Origin: Eledone cirrhosa | Lineage: Eukaryota | Reading direction: 5' to 3' | Assembly: GCA_964016885.1 (NCBI GenBank) | Contig: OZ024741.1 | Location: 358,794,001-358,858,000, forward strand | Length of the DNA: 64,000 nt | In this document: positions 11,074 to 24,300 of the stretch, one piece after another | Numbering within the stretch: the stretch's first letter is position 1 | Layout of the letters: the number at the start of each line of letters is the position of its first letter | The notes under the pieces: model-generated | Databases searched by the model: none | What the model saw: only the letters and a program-made list of their open reading frames with translations | What the model was told of the DNA's origin: nothing | Translations under genes and position numbers: made by a program

Positions 11074-14000
11074 ATATCATCATCATTTAACGTTCATCTT
11101 CTATGCTTGCATGGGTTAGACCAGTTGTGACATCATGAGACAATTCACATCAGGAGACCACATGTTGTTCATATGGATTTGTATTTTGGCTTATTTTTTA
11201 TGGCTGGATGCCCTTCCTAACACCAACCACATTTACAGTGTGGAACTGGGAACATTTTACTATGTTACCTACATGGCCACATTACAGTGTGGACTGTGTG
11301 TTTTTTGTCGTGACACCTACACGATCTCGATCTCATTATCTTGTGCTGTTGGTGGGAGTGGGAGGATAGGGTAGGGGTAATGGATTGGGGTGTATATTTG
11401 GTTAAGAGGTGCCTACTGACTGTAGGTTTTACTTTGTACATAGGCAAGGCGGGTCTTCTGTATTACTGCGTAGCGCCAAAGATCTCGGTCCAGTGACATT
11501 TTCTTAGAGAGGTGCAAGTGTGTAAGGTCGGAATTTATCAGATCGTCCCAGGTTTTTCTGGGTCTACCTACTCCGTAACTACCATCAATTTTGATCGCCC
11601 TGCACTTTTTCATGCAGCTGTCGTCTTTCATACGCATCACGTGACCATACCAACATAGTCTTCTCTCAACAGCATCTGATCCCTCTTATTCCTAATTTCT
11701 CACTTAGTTCATTTATGCTTTGCCGTTCACGTATATTACTATTACACATCCAACGGAGCATGCATGCTTCGTTCCTTTCCAGTCTACGCAGGTCCTTTGC
11801 ACATAATGCCCATGTCTCACTGCATGTAGCATTGCTGCTCGTATACAGGCATCATACAATCTGCCTTTCATTTTTAGAGAGAAACCTTTTGTGGCCAACA
11901 GCGGTATAAGCTCTCTGAACTTTTTCCATCCCGTTCTGACTCTGGCTACTGTACTTTCAGAACACCCTCCACCACTGCTGATTTCGTCACCCAGGTAACA
12001 GAAAGTGTCTACTATTTCTATAGAACCATCTGGGCAATAGAAGGAGCTAGTATCCTTTGGACACTTGCTACTTATTGCACCTCAGCTTTGGCCACATATA
12101 AAGTCTACGTTCTTAGATAGTTTACCTGTGATCCCACTACATCTTTTATGTACCCATACTTTGCATTTGGGACATAAAATGTAATTTCTGCCTACTCCTT
12201 TCCTGCACACTGAGCATGGCCATTTCCCTGAGGGCACCTGTGCCCGATTTTCCTTTCTACAAGCTAGAACTTTAGTCTTAGACAAGTTAACTTTAAGGCC
12301 TCTTGATTCTAGGCCATGCTTTCATGTTTCGAATTTCTTCTCTAGTTCAGCCATTGATTCGGCTATGAGCATTAGATCATTTGCGTATAGGAGTTCCCAT
12401 GGGCAGCCGGTCTTGAACTCCTCTGTTATAGCCTGAAGGGCAATAATAAATAAGAGGGAGCTAAGGACAGAGCCTTGATGAACGCCAACTTTTACACTAA
12501 ATTCTTCACAATATTCATTGTTAATTCTAACCTTACTGACTGTTTCTTTATACATGGCTTGTATAGCTCTCACAAGCCATTCATCTACACCTAGTTTTCT
12601 AAGAGCCCACCAGATAATGGAGCGGGGGACTCTGTCAAAGGCTTTCTCCAGGTCTACAAAAGCTAAGTAGAGGGGTTTACTTTTAGCTAGGTACTTCTCT
12701 TGTAGTTGTCGTACAAGGAAAAGAGCGTCTGTGGTACTTTTACCTGACACAAACCCAAACTGCATTTCATCTAGATTAATTCGCACTCTGATTAGTTGCG
12801 CTATAACTCTTTCTGTGACCTTCATGACCTGGTCAACTAACTTAATGCCTCTATAGTTTCCCCTATCTAGAGCATCCCCTTTACCTTTGTAGCAATTAAT
12901 GATGATGCTGCCACGCCAGTCTTTCGGTATGACCCCATTCTGTATTACTTGGTTAACTATACGGGTGACCATAGTGTGTCCCACCATACCAGATGCCTTC
13001 AACATCTCAGCAACTATCTCCGAAGGCCCAGCTGCCTTGCCTGTCTTCATATCTTTGATTGCCTTACTTATTATACTACCTTTAACTTGCACCGCTGGTC
13101 CTTCTATTGGATCGATTTGGGGCAGACTATCTTTTTCCCATTTATTCTCCTCATTTAATAGTCTCTCGTAGTGACACTTCCAGGCTATCTTCTTATCAGT
13201 ATCAGTGAGCGCAAGTACACCATTATCATTACGGACACACTTCTCCCCGACAATATCACGGTTTTCCTTGACACATTGTCTAGCAATTGTGAACACCTCA
13301 CGTTTTTGGTCCTCACGTTGTAGAACATGCTTGAACTTTTTATCCTCTGCTACCCTTTTTGCAAGGTACACTTGTATCCTAACTTCTCTCCTGGCCACTT
13401 GATAGTGCTCTCTACTTCCCCCATCCTGCCATACTTTCCAAGCCTGCTTTTTGGCCTTGATTGTCTCTTCCACCTTACTGTTCCACCATCAAGTTACTCT
13501 CCTCCTGCCAATAGGTCTGCTCCAGCCACAGATTTCATCTGTTGCTTTCAGCAGGTTCACTTTCAAGAATTGCCACTGTTCCTCTATATCGCATGTCTCT
13601 AATTGCTCTTCCTTATTGTCAAAGGCATCAAGTAATAAGCTTTTAAATTTATCACTGGCTATGGGGTCCTTCAACTTCCATATACTTCTCCTCAAGGTAG
13701 GCCTCCTCTGTCGTCGAGTACGTCTATTCCTGACTATGAGGTCACCAACTACTAGGCTATGTTGGGAGGTGCATTCTTCACGGGGGAGGGATTTAGTGTT
13801 TATAACAGACATTTTGTCCCATCTTCTAGTAAGGATATAATCTATCTGGCTGGCGTGTTCCCCTGAAATATAGGTGATCAAGTGGTTTTCACATTTTTTG
13901 AAGTTTGTGTTACAGATAGATAGGCTATTTGCGTCACAGAATTCCAGGATTCTGAAGCCCTCCTCATTTCTATTTCCAACCCCATAGCCTCCATGGATTC

Positions 14001-15614
14001 CATCATAGCCATCACTATATTGTCCAACGTGACCGTTTAGATCGCCAGCAATAATTAAGTAGTCACTGTCGGTTATTTGAGAGGTAGTGTGCATTAGCAT
14101 CTCATAGAACCTGCCCTTTATAACATCAGGTAGACCAGATTGGGGTGCATAAGCAGATATTATTGTCACAGTAGTTCTATTTAGAACTAGTCTTAATTCA
14201 ATTATTCTGTCATTCACTCTATTTACGTCAATTACCTTATCTACCCATTTTTCAGCTAACATAATTCCTACACCACCCTGTCCGTTGTCATTTCCCACCC
14301 AGAAAAGTTTATAGCATCGTTTTTTACCCACGATGAATCTGGCAGACCCCCCTCTCCACCTAGTCTCTTGAATACAACAAACGTCAACTTCTTTACGTTC
14401 AAGCATCTCTACAACCTCATTTGAGCGACCTTTCAATGTGCCTACGTTCATGGTACCAACTCTGAAGTTGGGAGGGTGGGATGGATGGGTTGGAGGGGCA
14501 GGGAGGGGTGTGGGAGACGGGATTTTGTTGGTCACCTGTGTCTGAAATAAAGAGGGGCCCTTGTATTCTCATCTTGCAGCGGGAGGTGAATTTATCTTTA
14601 TCTGTGACATTGTCATTGAGTGCTTAGACTTTTCAAATTTCCGCAGTCAACCCATCAAACAGGTCAAACAGGAGTAGTAACCAAGGTGGTAGCTTTGCTA
14701 TACTGATTTGTTAGAGAGCTTACTAAAGCCGCTGAGTTATGATTGGACCATATAGCAATGGTGGTGTGTGGGGGTGAGAGGGCGGGAAATGGGTGACTTT
14801 AGGAGAAGTTTAGTTTTTAGGAAGGGTCCAACAGATTGAGACATATTAAAAACATGTAAAATAATAATTTAAAATCAGAGAGGAAAACGGAGAATTTGAA
14901 TTTTAGAGTGGTATAAATAAGAGTTTAAAACACTGTTTAATTGAGGAGACTACAGAATAAAGAAAAGACAGGTATTGCTTACATTCTCAAAATCGACAGA
15001 TCACCCATAAGATAGTTTGATAGATAAATTCTGTTGTTGGGAACCAGCAAGATTTATTTTATACTTGCGATCAGGCGGGGGGTATGAGAGAAGGATGCAG
15101 GAAGGTTCTAGAATAATTATTTAATAACAATACTAGAAGGTTAGTTTTTAGGAAGGGTCCAACAGAAAGAGACATATTATTAAAAATATATAAAATATTA
15201 ATTGAAGATCTGAGAGGAAAACGGAGAATTTGACTTCTAGACTGATATAAATAGGAGTTTAAAACACTGAGACGACTTTATGGGTGACTTTAGGAGAAGT
15301 TTAGTTTTTAGGAAGGGTCCAATATATTGAGACATATTAAAAACATGTAAAATATATATAATAAAGAGTCGAAAGCCGATGGCTACGTTCTTGCAGTTTT
15401 AACAGCTAGTTCTAGACTGTTAGCCAAAAAGGCTCTTGGTTAACTGGCCATATCATCAGGGGCATGGTTTGAACTAGCTGTTGAAATAGCAAGAGCTCAG
15501 CCATTGAGCCCCGATTCTTTTTTATATAGCCATACTCTACTAACCCAAGTATTGAGTACTTTGTTGAGTAATGGTCTAACTAGTTTTAAACTGGTTCTAT
15601 CCTGATATATATAC

Positions 15615-15646
<32 letters not shown>

Positions 15647-18600
15647 AGAGGAATCAAATGCTGTGTACAGGAGAGGAGATTGCGTTGGTATGGACATGTG
15701 ATGCATATGAAGGATGACAGCTGTATAAAAAGGTGCAGAGCGCTCAAAATTGATGAAACCCTTGCAGTGAGGAGACCCAGGAAAACTCGGGATAAGGTAA
15801 TAAAAGCTGAGCTTGCCCAATTGCATTTCTCAAAGGTGATGACACAGGACTGAGATCTCTGGCATTACACAGTAATAGAGAAGACCTGACTTCCCATGGG
15901 CATAGGCGGAAGCTGAAGCATATATATAGTATGCACCCCCCAGACCCACTCTTCTATATCTCTGCCAAGAGGACAGGCCGACATATACATCCAGTGAAGC
16001 CCCCAGCCCACACTGTAAAGTGATTGTAATGGTGACACAGAAAAAAGCGCCCAGCCCACACCATAAAGTGGACATGTAGGTGTCACAACAAAAAGTACCC
16101 AGTATTCACTGTAAATGAGGTTAACATTAAGAAGGGCATCCAGCAGTAGAAACCAAGCCAAAATCAGTTCTGTATGAGCACGACATGGTCACCTGACCTC
16201 ACATTGCCTACAACAGGACAACTGGACATAAAATGGTGATGATGATATATATATATATACTAGCATTAAAACCCGGCGTTGCTCGGGGTCAGTAAGTTAC
16301 CAAAGTTAGGTTGCACCACCCATTTTATGGTAGCACTTTTTTGTCAGCCAGGCACTGGGTGAATGAATTGCAGACCTGGACTGCCGAAGCAGGAGCTACG
16401 CCAGCAGTGACAATTGTAGTTTCGCAAAGAAGTGTTGAAATTTATTGTTTCACAGTACTTGCGCAATATGCAAGTGACCTCATAGAGGATATGTTTTCTA
16501 AATTTAAGACAGTAGGGAGGGGTGTGATATGGGGGAGAGTTAGCTGCTGTTTCTAGCAGGTTTAGTGACCTCATAGAGGATAAGTTTTCTAAATTTAAGA
16601 CAGTAGGGAGTGGTGTGATATGGGGGAGAGTTAGCTGCTGTTTCTAGCAGGTTTAGTGACCTCATAGAAGATATGTTTTCTAAATTTAAGACAGTAGGGA
16701 GAGGTGTGATATGGGGGAGAGTTAGCTGCTGTTTCTAGCAGGTTTAGTGACCTCATAGAGGATATGTTTTCTAAATTTAAGACAGTAGGGAGGGGTGTGA
16801 TATGGGGGAGAGTTAGCTGCTGTTTCTAGCAGGTTTAGTGACCTCATAGAAGATGTTTTCTAAATTTAAGACAGTAGGGAGGGGTGTGATATGGGGGAGA
16901 GTTAGCTGCTGTTTCTAGCAGGTTTAGTGACCTCATAGAGGATATGTTTTCTAAATTTAAGACAGTAGGGAGGGGTGTGAAATGGGGGAGAGTTAGCTGC
17001 TGTTTCTAGCAGGTTTAGTGACCTCATAGAAGATATGTTTTCTAAATTTAAGACAGTAGGGAGGGGTGTGATATGGGGGAGAGTTAACTGCTGTTTCTAA
17101 CAGGATTAGTGACCTCATAGAAGATGTTTTCTAAATTTAAGACAGTAGGGAGGGGTGTGATATGGGGGAGAGTTAGCTGCTGTTTCTAACAGGTTTAGTG
17201 ACCTCATAGAAGATATGTTTTCTAAATTTAAGACAGTAGGGAGTGGTGTGATATGGGGGAGAGTTAGCTGCTGTTTCTAGCAGGTTTAGTGACCTCATAG
17301 AAGATGTTTTCTAAATTTAAGACAGTAGGGAGGGGTGTGATATGGGGGAGAGTTAGCTGCTGTTTCTAACAGGTTTAGTGACCTAATAGAAGATATGTTT
17401 TCTAAATTTAAGACAGTAGGGAGGGGTGTGATATGGGGAGAGTTAGCTGCTGTTTCTAGCAGGTTTAGTGACCTCATAGAGGATATGTTTTCTAAATTTA
17501 AGACAGTAGGGAGGGGTGTGATATGGGGGAGAGTTAGCTGCTGTTTCTAGCAGGTTTAGTGACCTCATAGAAGATGTTTTCTAAATTTAAGACAGTAGGG
17601 AGGGGTGTGATATGGGGGAGAGTTAGCTGCTGTTTCTAGCAGGTTTAGTGACCTCATAGAAGATGTTTTCTAAATTTAAGACAATAGGGAGGGGTGTGAT
17701 ATGGGGGAGAGTTAGCTGCTGTTTCTAGCAGGTTTAGTGACCTCATAGAGGATATGTTTTCTAAATTTAAGACAGTAGGGAGGGGTGTGAAATGGGGGAG
17801 AGTTAGCTGCTGTTTCTAGCAGGTTTAGTGACCTCATAGAAGATATGTTTTCTAAATTTAAGACAGTAGGGAGGGGTGTGATATGGGGGAGAGTTAGCTG
17901 CTGTTTCTAGCAGGTTTAGTGACCTCATAGAGGATATGTTTTCTAAATTTAAGACAGTAGGGAGGGGTGTGAAATGGGGGAGAGTTAGCTGCTGTTTCTA
18001 GCAGGTTTAGTGACCTCATAGAAGATATGTTTTCTAAATTTAAGACAGTAGGGAGGGGTGTGATATGGGGGAGAGTTAACTGCTGTTTCTAACAGGTTTA
18101 GTGACCTCATAGAAGATGTTTTCTAAATTTAAGACAGTAGGGAGGGGTGTGATATGGGGGAGAGTTAGCTGCAGTTTCTAGCAGGTTTAGTGACCTCATA
18201 GAGGATATGTTTTCTAAATTTAAGACAGTAGGGAGGGGTGTGATATGGGGGAGAGTTAGCTGCTGTTTCTAGCAGGTTTAGTGACCTCATAGAGGATATG
18301 TTTTCTAAATTTAAGACAGTAGGGAGGGGTGTGATATGGGGGAGAGTTAGCTGCTGTTTCTAACAGGTTTAGTGACCTCATAGAGGATAAGTTTTCTAAA
18401 TTTAAGACAGTAGGGAGTGGTGTGATATGGGGGAGAGTTAGCTGCTGTTTCTAGCAGGTTTAGTGACCTCATAGAAGATATGTTTTCTAAATTTAAGACA
18501 GTAGGGAGGGGTGTGATATGGGGGAGAGTTAGCTGCTGTTTCTAGCAGGTTTAGTGACCTCATAGAGGATATGTTTTCTAAATTTAAGACAGTAGGGAGG

Positions 18601-20789
18601 GGTGTGATATGGGGGAGAGTTAGCTGCTGTTTCTAGCAGGTTTAGTGACCTCATAGAGGATAAGTTTTCTAAATTTAAGACAGTAGGGAGTGGTGTGATA
18701 TGGGGGAGAGTTAGCTGCTGTTTCTAGCAGGTTTAGTGACCTCATAGAAGATGTTTTCTAAATTTAAGACAGTAGGGAGGGGTGTGATATGGGGGTGAGT
18801 TAGCTGCTGTTTCTAACAGGTTTAGTGACCTCATAGAAGATATGTTTTCTAAATTTAAGACAGTAGGGAGGGGTGTGATATGGGGGAGAGTTAGCTGCTG
18901 TTTCTAGCAGGTTTAGTGACCTCATAGAGGATATGTTTTCTAAATTTAAGACAGTAGGGAGGGGTGTGATATGGGGGAGAGTTAGCTGCTGTTTCTAACA
19001 GGTTTAGTGACCTCATAGAAGATGTTTTCTAAATTTAAGACAGTAGGGAGGGGTGTGATATGGGGGAGAGTTAGCTGCTGTTTCTAGCAGGTTTAGTGAC
19101 CTCATAGAAGATGTTTTCTAAATTTAAGACAGTAGGGAGGGGTGTGATATGGGGGAGAGTTAGCTGCTGTTTCTAACAGGTTTAGTGACCTCATAGAGGA
19201 TAAGTTTTCTAAATTTAAGACAGCAGGGAGTTGTGTGATATGGGGGAGAGTTAGCTGCTGTTTCTAGCAGGTTTAGTGACCTCATAGAGGATATGTTTTC
19301 TAAATTTAAGACAGTAGGGAGGGGTGTGATATGGGGGAGAGTTAGCTGCTGTTTCTAGCAGGTTTAGTGACCTCATAGAGAATATGTTTTCTAAATTTAA
19401 GACAGTAGGGAGTGGTGTGACATGGGAGAGAGTTAGCTGCTGTTTCTAGCAGGTTTAGTGACCTCATAGAGGATATGTTTTCTAAATTTAAGACAGTATG
19501 GAGGGGTGTGATATGGGGGAGAGTTAGCTGCTGTTTCTAGCAGGTTTAGTGACCTCATAGAGGATATGTTTTCTAAATTTAAGACAGTATGGAGGGGTGT
19601 GATATGGGGGAGAGTTAAGTTATCTTTGTCATTGAAGTAAATAAATGTTTGACCGTTCCACACTCAAAAACAAACGTTCTCTCTCTCTCTCCCTCTCACT
19701 CTCTTCTCTCTCTCTCTCTCTCTTTCTCTTCGGCGTGCCTAAAGGAAGTTTGTAAGTTTGTAAGTTTTATCGAATTTGAAGGGGAGTAGAGAGAGGTAAG
19801 CAGATTCTATTAGAGGGCTAAAGCGTCATGTATTTAGTTTTATCGATTATTTCCATAATTGTGGGTGAGTTTGAAGTTAGACCATTTACAACATTCTCAC
19901 AGACTTTGAGTCGAATCGGTTTGAAATTGTGCAAATGTATAAACATGGAACATGTGCACACACACACACAACAACAACAATCTGCCTTTTATAGATAATT
20001 ATTTCTACTTTTGGCACAAGGCCATCAATTACTCAGTACATTACTGGTACTTTATTTTATCGATCCCGTAAGGATGAAAGGCAAAGTTAACCTCGGCGGG
20101 ATTTGAACTCAGACCACAAAGGGACGTAACTATGCTGGAAAGCATGGCGTCCGACCCTCTACCGATACTGCCAATCCACCGCTCGGCCTTTTATAGATAA
20201 TGATATATATATATAAATATGTATACAGACGTACAGTAGTATGTATATATATATACATACATGCACACATATATATATGTACGTATGGGTTCACCGAACA
20301 TTTATTATAATGCTCGGTGTGTTTGTAAACAAACACCCCTATTAAGCGGTAGTGTCTAGCAACCACCGTTGCTCGTTTGTTCAACACTGACAAAAGAACG
20401 CTGTACTAGTTTCAAGCTTATTAGCTATCGTCAGCAACGTATACCTTCCTGCCAGATGATTGAACGTCCGAAAGTATATACTTTCCTTATGCATATTAAC
20501 GGCTGAGTAGCCCAATTTGTACAGCGTTCCTTTGTCAGTGTTGAACAAACGAGCAACGGTGGTTGCTAGACACTACGGCTTAATTCGGGATGTTTGTTTA
20601 CAAACACACCGAGCATTATAATAAATGTTCGGTGAACCCATACGTACATATATATATGTGTGCATGTATGTATATATATATACATACTACTGTACGTCTG
20701 TATACATATATGTATGTACATATACATACTTATATTTAAGTAACTGCCGTACTAAGAGTGGGAAATGAAATTTTCGTTTCATTTTTTCC

Positions 20790-20840
<51 letters not shown>

Positions 20841-21357
20841 TATATACATATATATATACATATATATATACATATATATATACATATATATATATACATA
20901 TATATATACATATATATATACATATATATATACATATATATATACATATATATATACATATATATATACATATATATATACATATATATATATACATATA
21001 TATATACATATATATATACATATATATATACATATATATATACATATATATATACATATATATATACATATATATATACATATATATATAATATATATAT
21101 ATACATATATATATACATATATATATAATATATATATATACATATATATATAATATATATATATACATATATATATACATATATATATAATATATATATA
21201 TACATATATATATACATATATATATAATATATGTATATATACATATATATATAATATATATATATACATATATAATATATATATATACATATATATATAA
21301 TATATATATACATATATATATAATATATATATACATATATATATAATATATATATAC

Positions 21358-21389
<32 letters not shown>

Positions 21390-24300
21390 CATATATGTAT
21401 ATTAGATGGAGGCACATGGGCTTGCAATCGAAAGGTTGTGAGTTCAATTCTCAGACCGGGTGATGTGTTGTTTCCTTGAGCAAGACACTTTATTTCACAT
21501 TGCTCCAGTTTACTCAGCTGTAGAAATGAGATGATAGGACTAGGGTCCATATCATTCCACTGCAAAGTGGTCGTGGAGGTGCCATGGCAAAAAAGCACCC
21601 AGCACTCACTGTAAAAGAGATTGGTGTTAGAAAGGGCATCCAGCTGTAGAAATGAGCCAGAATCAGTTCCCGTCCCACCCTTGCAAGCAGGGAAAAGCGG
21701 ACGTAAAATGAAATGAATATATATAATATATATATATATATACATATATATATAATATACATATAAATATATATATATATTGATAAAGTTATATCTGTAT
21801 AAATACAGTGTGTGTAACTGAGACTGCACCAGCTTGTATAAATATATATACATATCTAATTAGTAGGCATGTAAACATGCCAGAAATATAAATTTCCCTG
21901 TAAATTGAAAAAATGATAAACATTTTTAATCAATTTTTATTTCTAGTTGGGTCCTCATCAGAAAGCATGTACTTTTGGGTTTCGAATAATGACCCTCCAC
22001 CCTCCCGCTTATTAATTTTTCAGATTTTGCTAATCTATCATTAAAAAATCATTATATTTGACAAAAAAAAGAACATTACTAGAAATCCCATATGTTATAA
22101 AATAAATAGGATTGGTTGGGGTCTCAATATGTAAACTAAACGACTAATTCTGATTTTTTAAAAATCCACAGAGACAACCTAGAAAAGTTACCGATTTTCC
22201 ACCCCTCTAGCATTTATTCCAACCATCCCACTTATTCCACCACACCTATTATTTGGGACCTGAGAGTATATCATCTAAACAACCACAAGGAAACACTACT
22301 TGACCCATTTGCTCATAGTAGTATATCACCTCTACATTATCACATGAGGTGTTGTAAGACGTGTGTACATAGCACAATGGTGCATGGCTGTGAATCATAG
22401 GACAAGTTATAGACGATTTGTAAAAACCAGTCACAATGGTGTTTAATAGTGCAAGCCTCATTTTCAAGGTGGGAAGATGAGGATTAATAAAACACAAAAA
22501 CAAGATGGTGTAGGACAGAACAAAGGAGAGACACAAAATAACAAATCAGTTACAGAGGTCACAGAATGTGAGACGAAAGAACTTTGACAATATATAAACA
22601 ACCATCCAGTTACTGAACCAACCAACTAACCAGAAATTTGTAATAAAGGTGTGTGTGTTTTTATTAGCAGCATGACCCTCCTAAAGTATAACAATCGACA
22701 GTTGATCGACAAAATCCTAGACGAGTGGGGGGGGGGAGCTCGCCAAATCAGACTGAGGAAACAATGTTTTCATTGGTCTTTCCAATTGCTAATAATATCT
22801 GTTGGTTGAAAATCCAGGTAGAAGGAGCAGCGTGAAATAAAGTGTCTTGCTCAAGGACATAACACATCACCAGGTCCGGGAATTGAACTCACAACCTCAT
22901 GATTGTGAATCCAATTCTCTAACAACTCAGCCACGCACCTTTACAATAATACAAATAATACTCTATTAGAAGTGATCTAGAATATACTCAGAGTATTCAG
23001 AGTGTTATGAAAGCTGTTGGTTTTAAAGGAAGTTGAAGAAGAAGTATTTCTTACTTTTAGAAAAACTTTCCAGATTATAGACATACTGGATGGTCCGGTG
23101 GTGTTTGGGGATGATTCGTTGACTATTTTAACTTCACTTTCTGAGTCACTCTCATTGGGGGAAGTATCTGAAATGGTAGTAGTAGTAGTAATAGTAGTAG
23201 TAGTAGTAGTACCAGCTGCAATAATAGAAGTAGTAGTAATAGTATTAGTATCAGTAGTAGTTGTAGTAGTAGCAGTAGTAGTAGCAGCAACAGTGGTTGT
23301 AGTAGTAGTAGTAGGAGGAGTAGTAGCAGCAGTAGCAGCAGTGGTAGTAGTAGTAGTTGTAGTAGTAGTAGTAGTAGTAGTAGTAGTACCAGTAATAGTA
23401 GCAATAGTAGTAGTAATAGTAGTAGTCGTGGTGGTGGTGGTAGAAGTAGTTGTAGTAGTAGTAGTAGTAGTAGTACTGTGGATTACAGAATACCTGCAAA
23501 TTAATGTAACATACTTTAAATTTCAGTAAGAAAGAAAGAGGCCAAATATCTGACTCCATCAGGGAAATGCCCATGCTCTTTATGTACAGAAGTAGGTGAG
23601 AACTCTATACAATGTACACAATGTAAGGTATGGATACACCAGATGTGCAGAGGGATTGTAGGCAGGCTAACAAAAAAGATAGAGTTTGCATGTGGCAGAT
23701 GCACAAGGGTAGTTTGTAGTAAGAGCACCAATGAAATAAACCTTTTCTAACTCTGGGAAGAATCCATAGAATTAGTTGATAGTTTTTCTTACTTAGCTGA
23801 CCCAATAAGCAGTAGAGGAGGAGGCTGCTCTGAAAATATTGTCAAGAATAAGAATAGGAAAAACAAAAAGCCCAGAGAGCTACTTCCTCTGTTGACAACA
23901 AAGGGATTTTCTCTCTGAGTGAAAGGTAAATTGTATGAAGCTTGCATAAGAAGTGTGATGCTGCATGGCAGTGAGACATAGGCAGTGAATGTAGACATTA
24001 TGTAAAGGCAGGAAAGAAATGAAGTAAGCATGTTTTGTTGTGTAATGTTAATGCATATAAATAACAGAGAGTAGATGAACTGAGAGAAAAACTGGATGTA
24101 AGAATCAGATGTTGTATACAAATGAGAAAACTGTGCTGGTGTGGACATGTAATGCATATGGATAGTGACCACTGGACGAAGAAGTGCCAGTAATTTCATG
24201 TAGAAGAAAGATGCGGTAGAAATAAACCAAGGAAAATCTGGATAGAGGTGGTTAAAGCTGATCGTAAAATGCTGAACCTCACAAAGATATTGAAGAATGC

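Larger units (their letters stand above)
11078..15590 (-). mobile_element. Near-full-length RTE-clade LINE, decayed
   Basis: APE ([27 protein letters not shown]), RT (DLEKAFD, HQGSVLS, YAND), Cys/His finger, GRPRKTW; (ATG)n tail; long 5'UTR with internal duplications. Confidence 0.93.

Noticed and set aside
3560-19617. 37-bp and 91-bp arrays as CRISPR-like arrays
   Set aside because: Head-to-tail repeats without unique spacers; eukaryotic intron; no cas genes
20736-21853. Long YI/IY-rich ORFs
   Set aside because: Translation of (TA)n microsatellites
21935-21966. Minus-strand CTGATGAG..GAAA as a hammerhead
   Set aside because: Stem II and stem III do not pair
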